From Octopus sinensis (Eukaryota): 8,986 nt of DNA. A model generated the notes under the pieces. That model was not told where the DNA came from and ran no database searches. It was given only the letters and a program-made list of their open reading frames with translations. The stretch lies in contig NW_021828034.1 of the NCBI RefSeq assembly GCF_006345805.1, positions 1-8,986 of the forward strand, written 5' to 3'. Below, piece by piece: positions 7,746 to 8,986 of the stretch; position 1 is the stretch's first letter, and each line of letters opens with the position of its first letter. The position numbers and the translations under genes were made by a program.

Positions 7746-7929
7746 GATTAAAATAGGTTGTTGTGTAAACCAGGAACAATACGGGAGGGAACAAAGTAAT
7801 CTACCGGAGGGAAATAAAACAGAACAAAGTTGCGGTTTCCTCTTTTCTTTTCGTTTCGTAGTTCACTTTGTATTCTTTCGCATTGGCCCGCCTTTATATA
7901 ACAATGTTCTTTAAAGTTATACCTCACAA

Positions 7930-7957
7930 TCATACATATATATCTATGTACCTACAT

Positions 7958-7991
<34 letters not shown>

Positions 7992-8094
7992 TGTGACTTT
8001 TTTTCCATATATATATATATATATGTTTATGTATATGACTTTTTTTCCATATATATATATATATTATATATTATAATATATATATATATATATA
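7930..8094. repeat. (TA)n tract with duplicated TGACTTTTTTTCC
   Basis: Copies at 7994-8006 and 8036-8048. Confidence 0.9.
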
Positions 8095-8260
8095 GTAAAA
8101 GTCTTTATGAAAGTTACTGAATGGAGTTTTAAAGCATAAAGACGATTTTTTTTTAGGTTTTTGAAAGAACGTTATAAAGTCTTTGCAGGATATTACTAAC
8201 CTTTGTTGAAACAAGATTTGTCCTAGTGTATGAGAGCTTTCGACGAACGGTTTCATACAT
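8095..8260 (-). other. Short (TA)n-abutting element with a partial hammerhead-like motif
   Basis: The minus strand reads UGUAUGA-(11 nt)-GAAAGCUC-UCAUACA at 8259-8227, then ~130 nt to (TA)n. Confidence 0.3.
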
Positions 8261-8384
8261 ATAGGTATACAGATACACATTTGTGTGTGTGTGTTTGTAT
8301 GCACATATGCATTTCTATGAGTAGGATTGTTTTTTTTCTGTACAGGTTCCGTCAAGCAGATTCCAGACAGTTTATACATATATG

Positions 8385-8395
8385 TATGTGTGCGT

Positions 8396-8427
<32 letters not shown>

Positions 8428-8671
8428 ATATATATATGATAAAAATGGTATTTACAGATATATATATATAAAAACAAATTAATAAAATAAAACATATGCA
8501 TATATACATACCGATATGTACGTACCTACATCTACTTGTATATATATAAGCATATATGGGTACAGGACACAAAAAAACGTCGAACACAATGAGAAACGAA
8601 AACATGAACAAAATACCAAGGAAATGGACATTTTTCTTATATATATATATATAATATATAATATATATATG

Positions 8672-8717
<46 letters not shown>

Positions 8718-8878
8718 TGTGTATTATGTAAAGTGTATATTACAGACATACCAAGCATATGTACGTGCATTCGGTGTGTGCATGTGTTTGTGTATATATA
8801 TCTGTTCGTGTATGTGTGTAGATGTATATGTATGTGTGTGTGCGTGTGTAGGGGGTGCGTGTGTGTGTGTGTGTGTGT
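8385..8878. repeat. Low-complexity region: (TA)n at ~8390-8470 and ~8636-8714, (TG)n at ~8760-8878
   Basis: Direct reading; explains the terminal ORFs. Confidence 0.85.
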
Positions 8879-8986
8879 TTGAATTGTGAATATTTTCTTT
8901 CTTGAAAATGCATATACATGTACATATGCCTTGTTTTGTTCTGGAGACAGTTGGAATCAACAAACGGTGTGTTGATTTCACTACAA

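Noticed and set aside
7881-7901. ATTGG, CCCGCC and TATATAA cluster as a core promoter
   Set aside because: The motifs are packed edge to edge, the spacing is atypical and there is no downstream gene.
1-8986. CRISPR array, prokaryotic operon or intact transposase
   Set aside because: No regularly spaced repeats with unique spacers and no long ORFs; all transposon frames are truncated or disrupted.

Overview
AT-rich, microsatellite-dense eukaryotic non-coding DNA (intron or intergenic), most likely from an octopus, inferred from the tRNA-derived SINE with an internal (CA)/(TA) tract. I find no intact host gene, rRNA, tRNA or CRISPR array; almost all ORFs in the track come from microsatellites or antisense frames. 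The window is a mosaic of dead transposons: one near-full SINE plus two SINE fragments, two mariner remnants fused in inverted orientation, a DD37D (maT) transposase remnant, the 3' end of an RLE-type non-LTR retrotransposon and two Tigger/pogo-like ends. It also holds two fold-back structures (174-bp and ~55-bp arms). The most interesting signal is a set of short unrelated repeats that run into (TA)n and carry hammerhead-ribozyme-like motifs, one of them nearly complete at 6699-6736, resembling Penelope-like/retrozyme termini. Family assignments come from motif recognition by eye, not from database searches.
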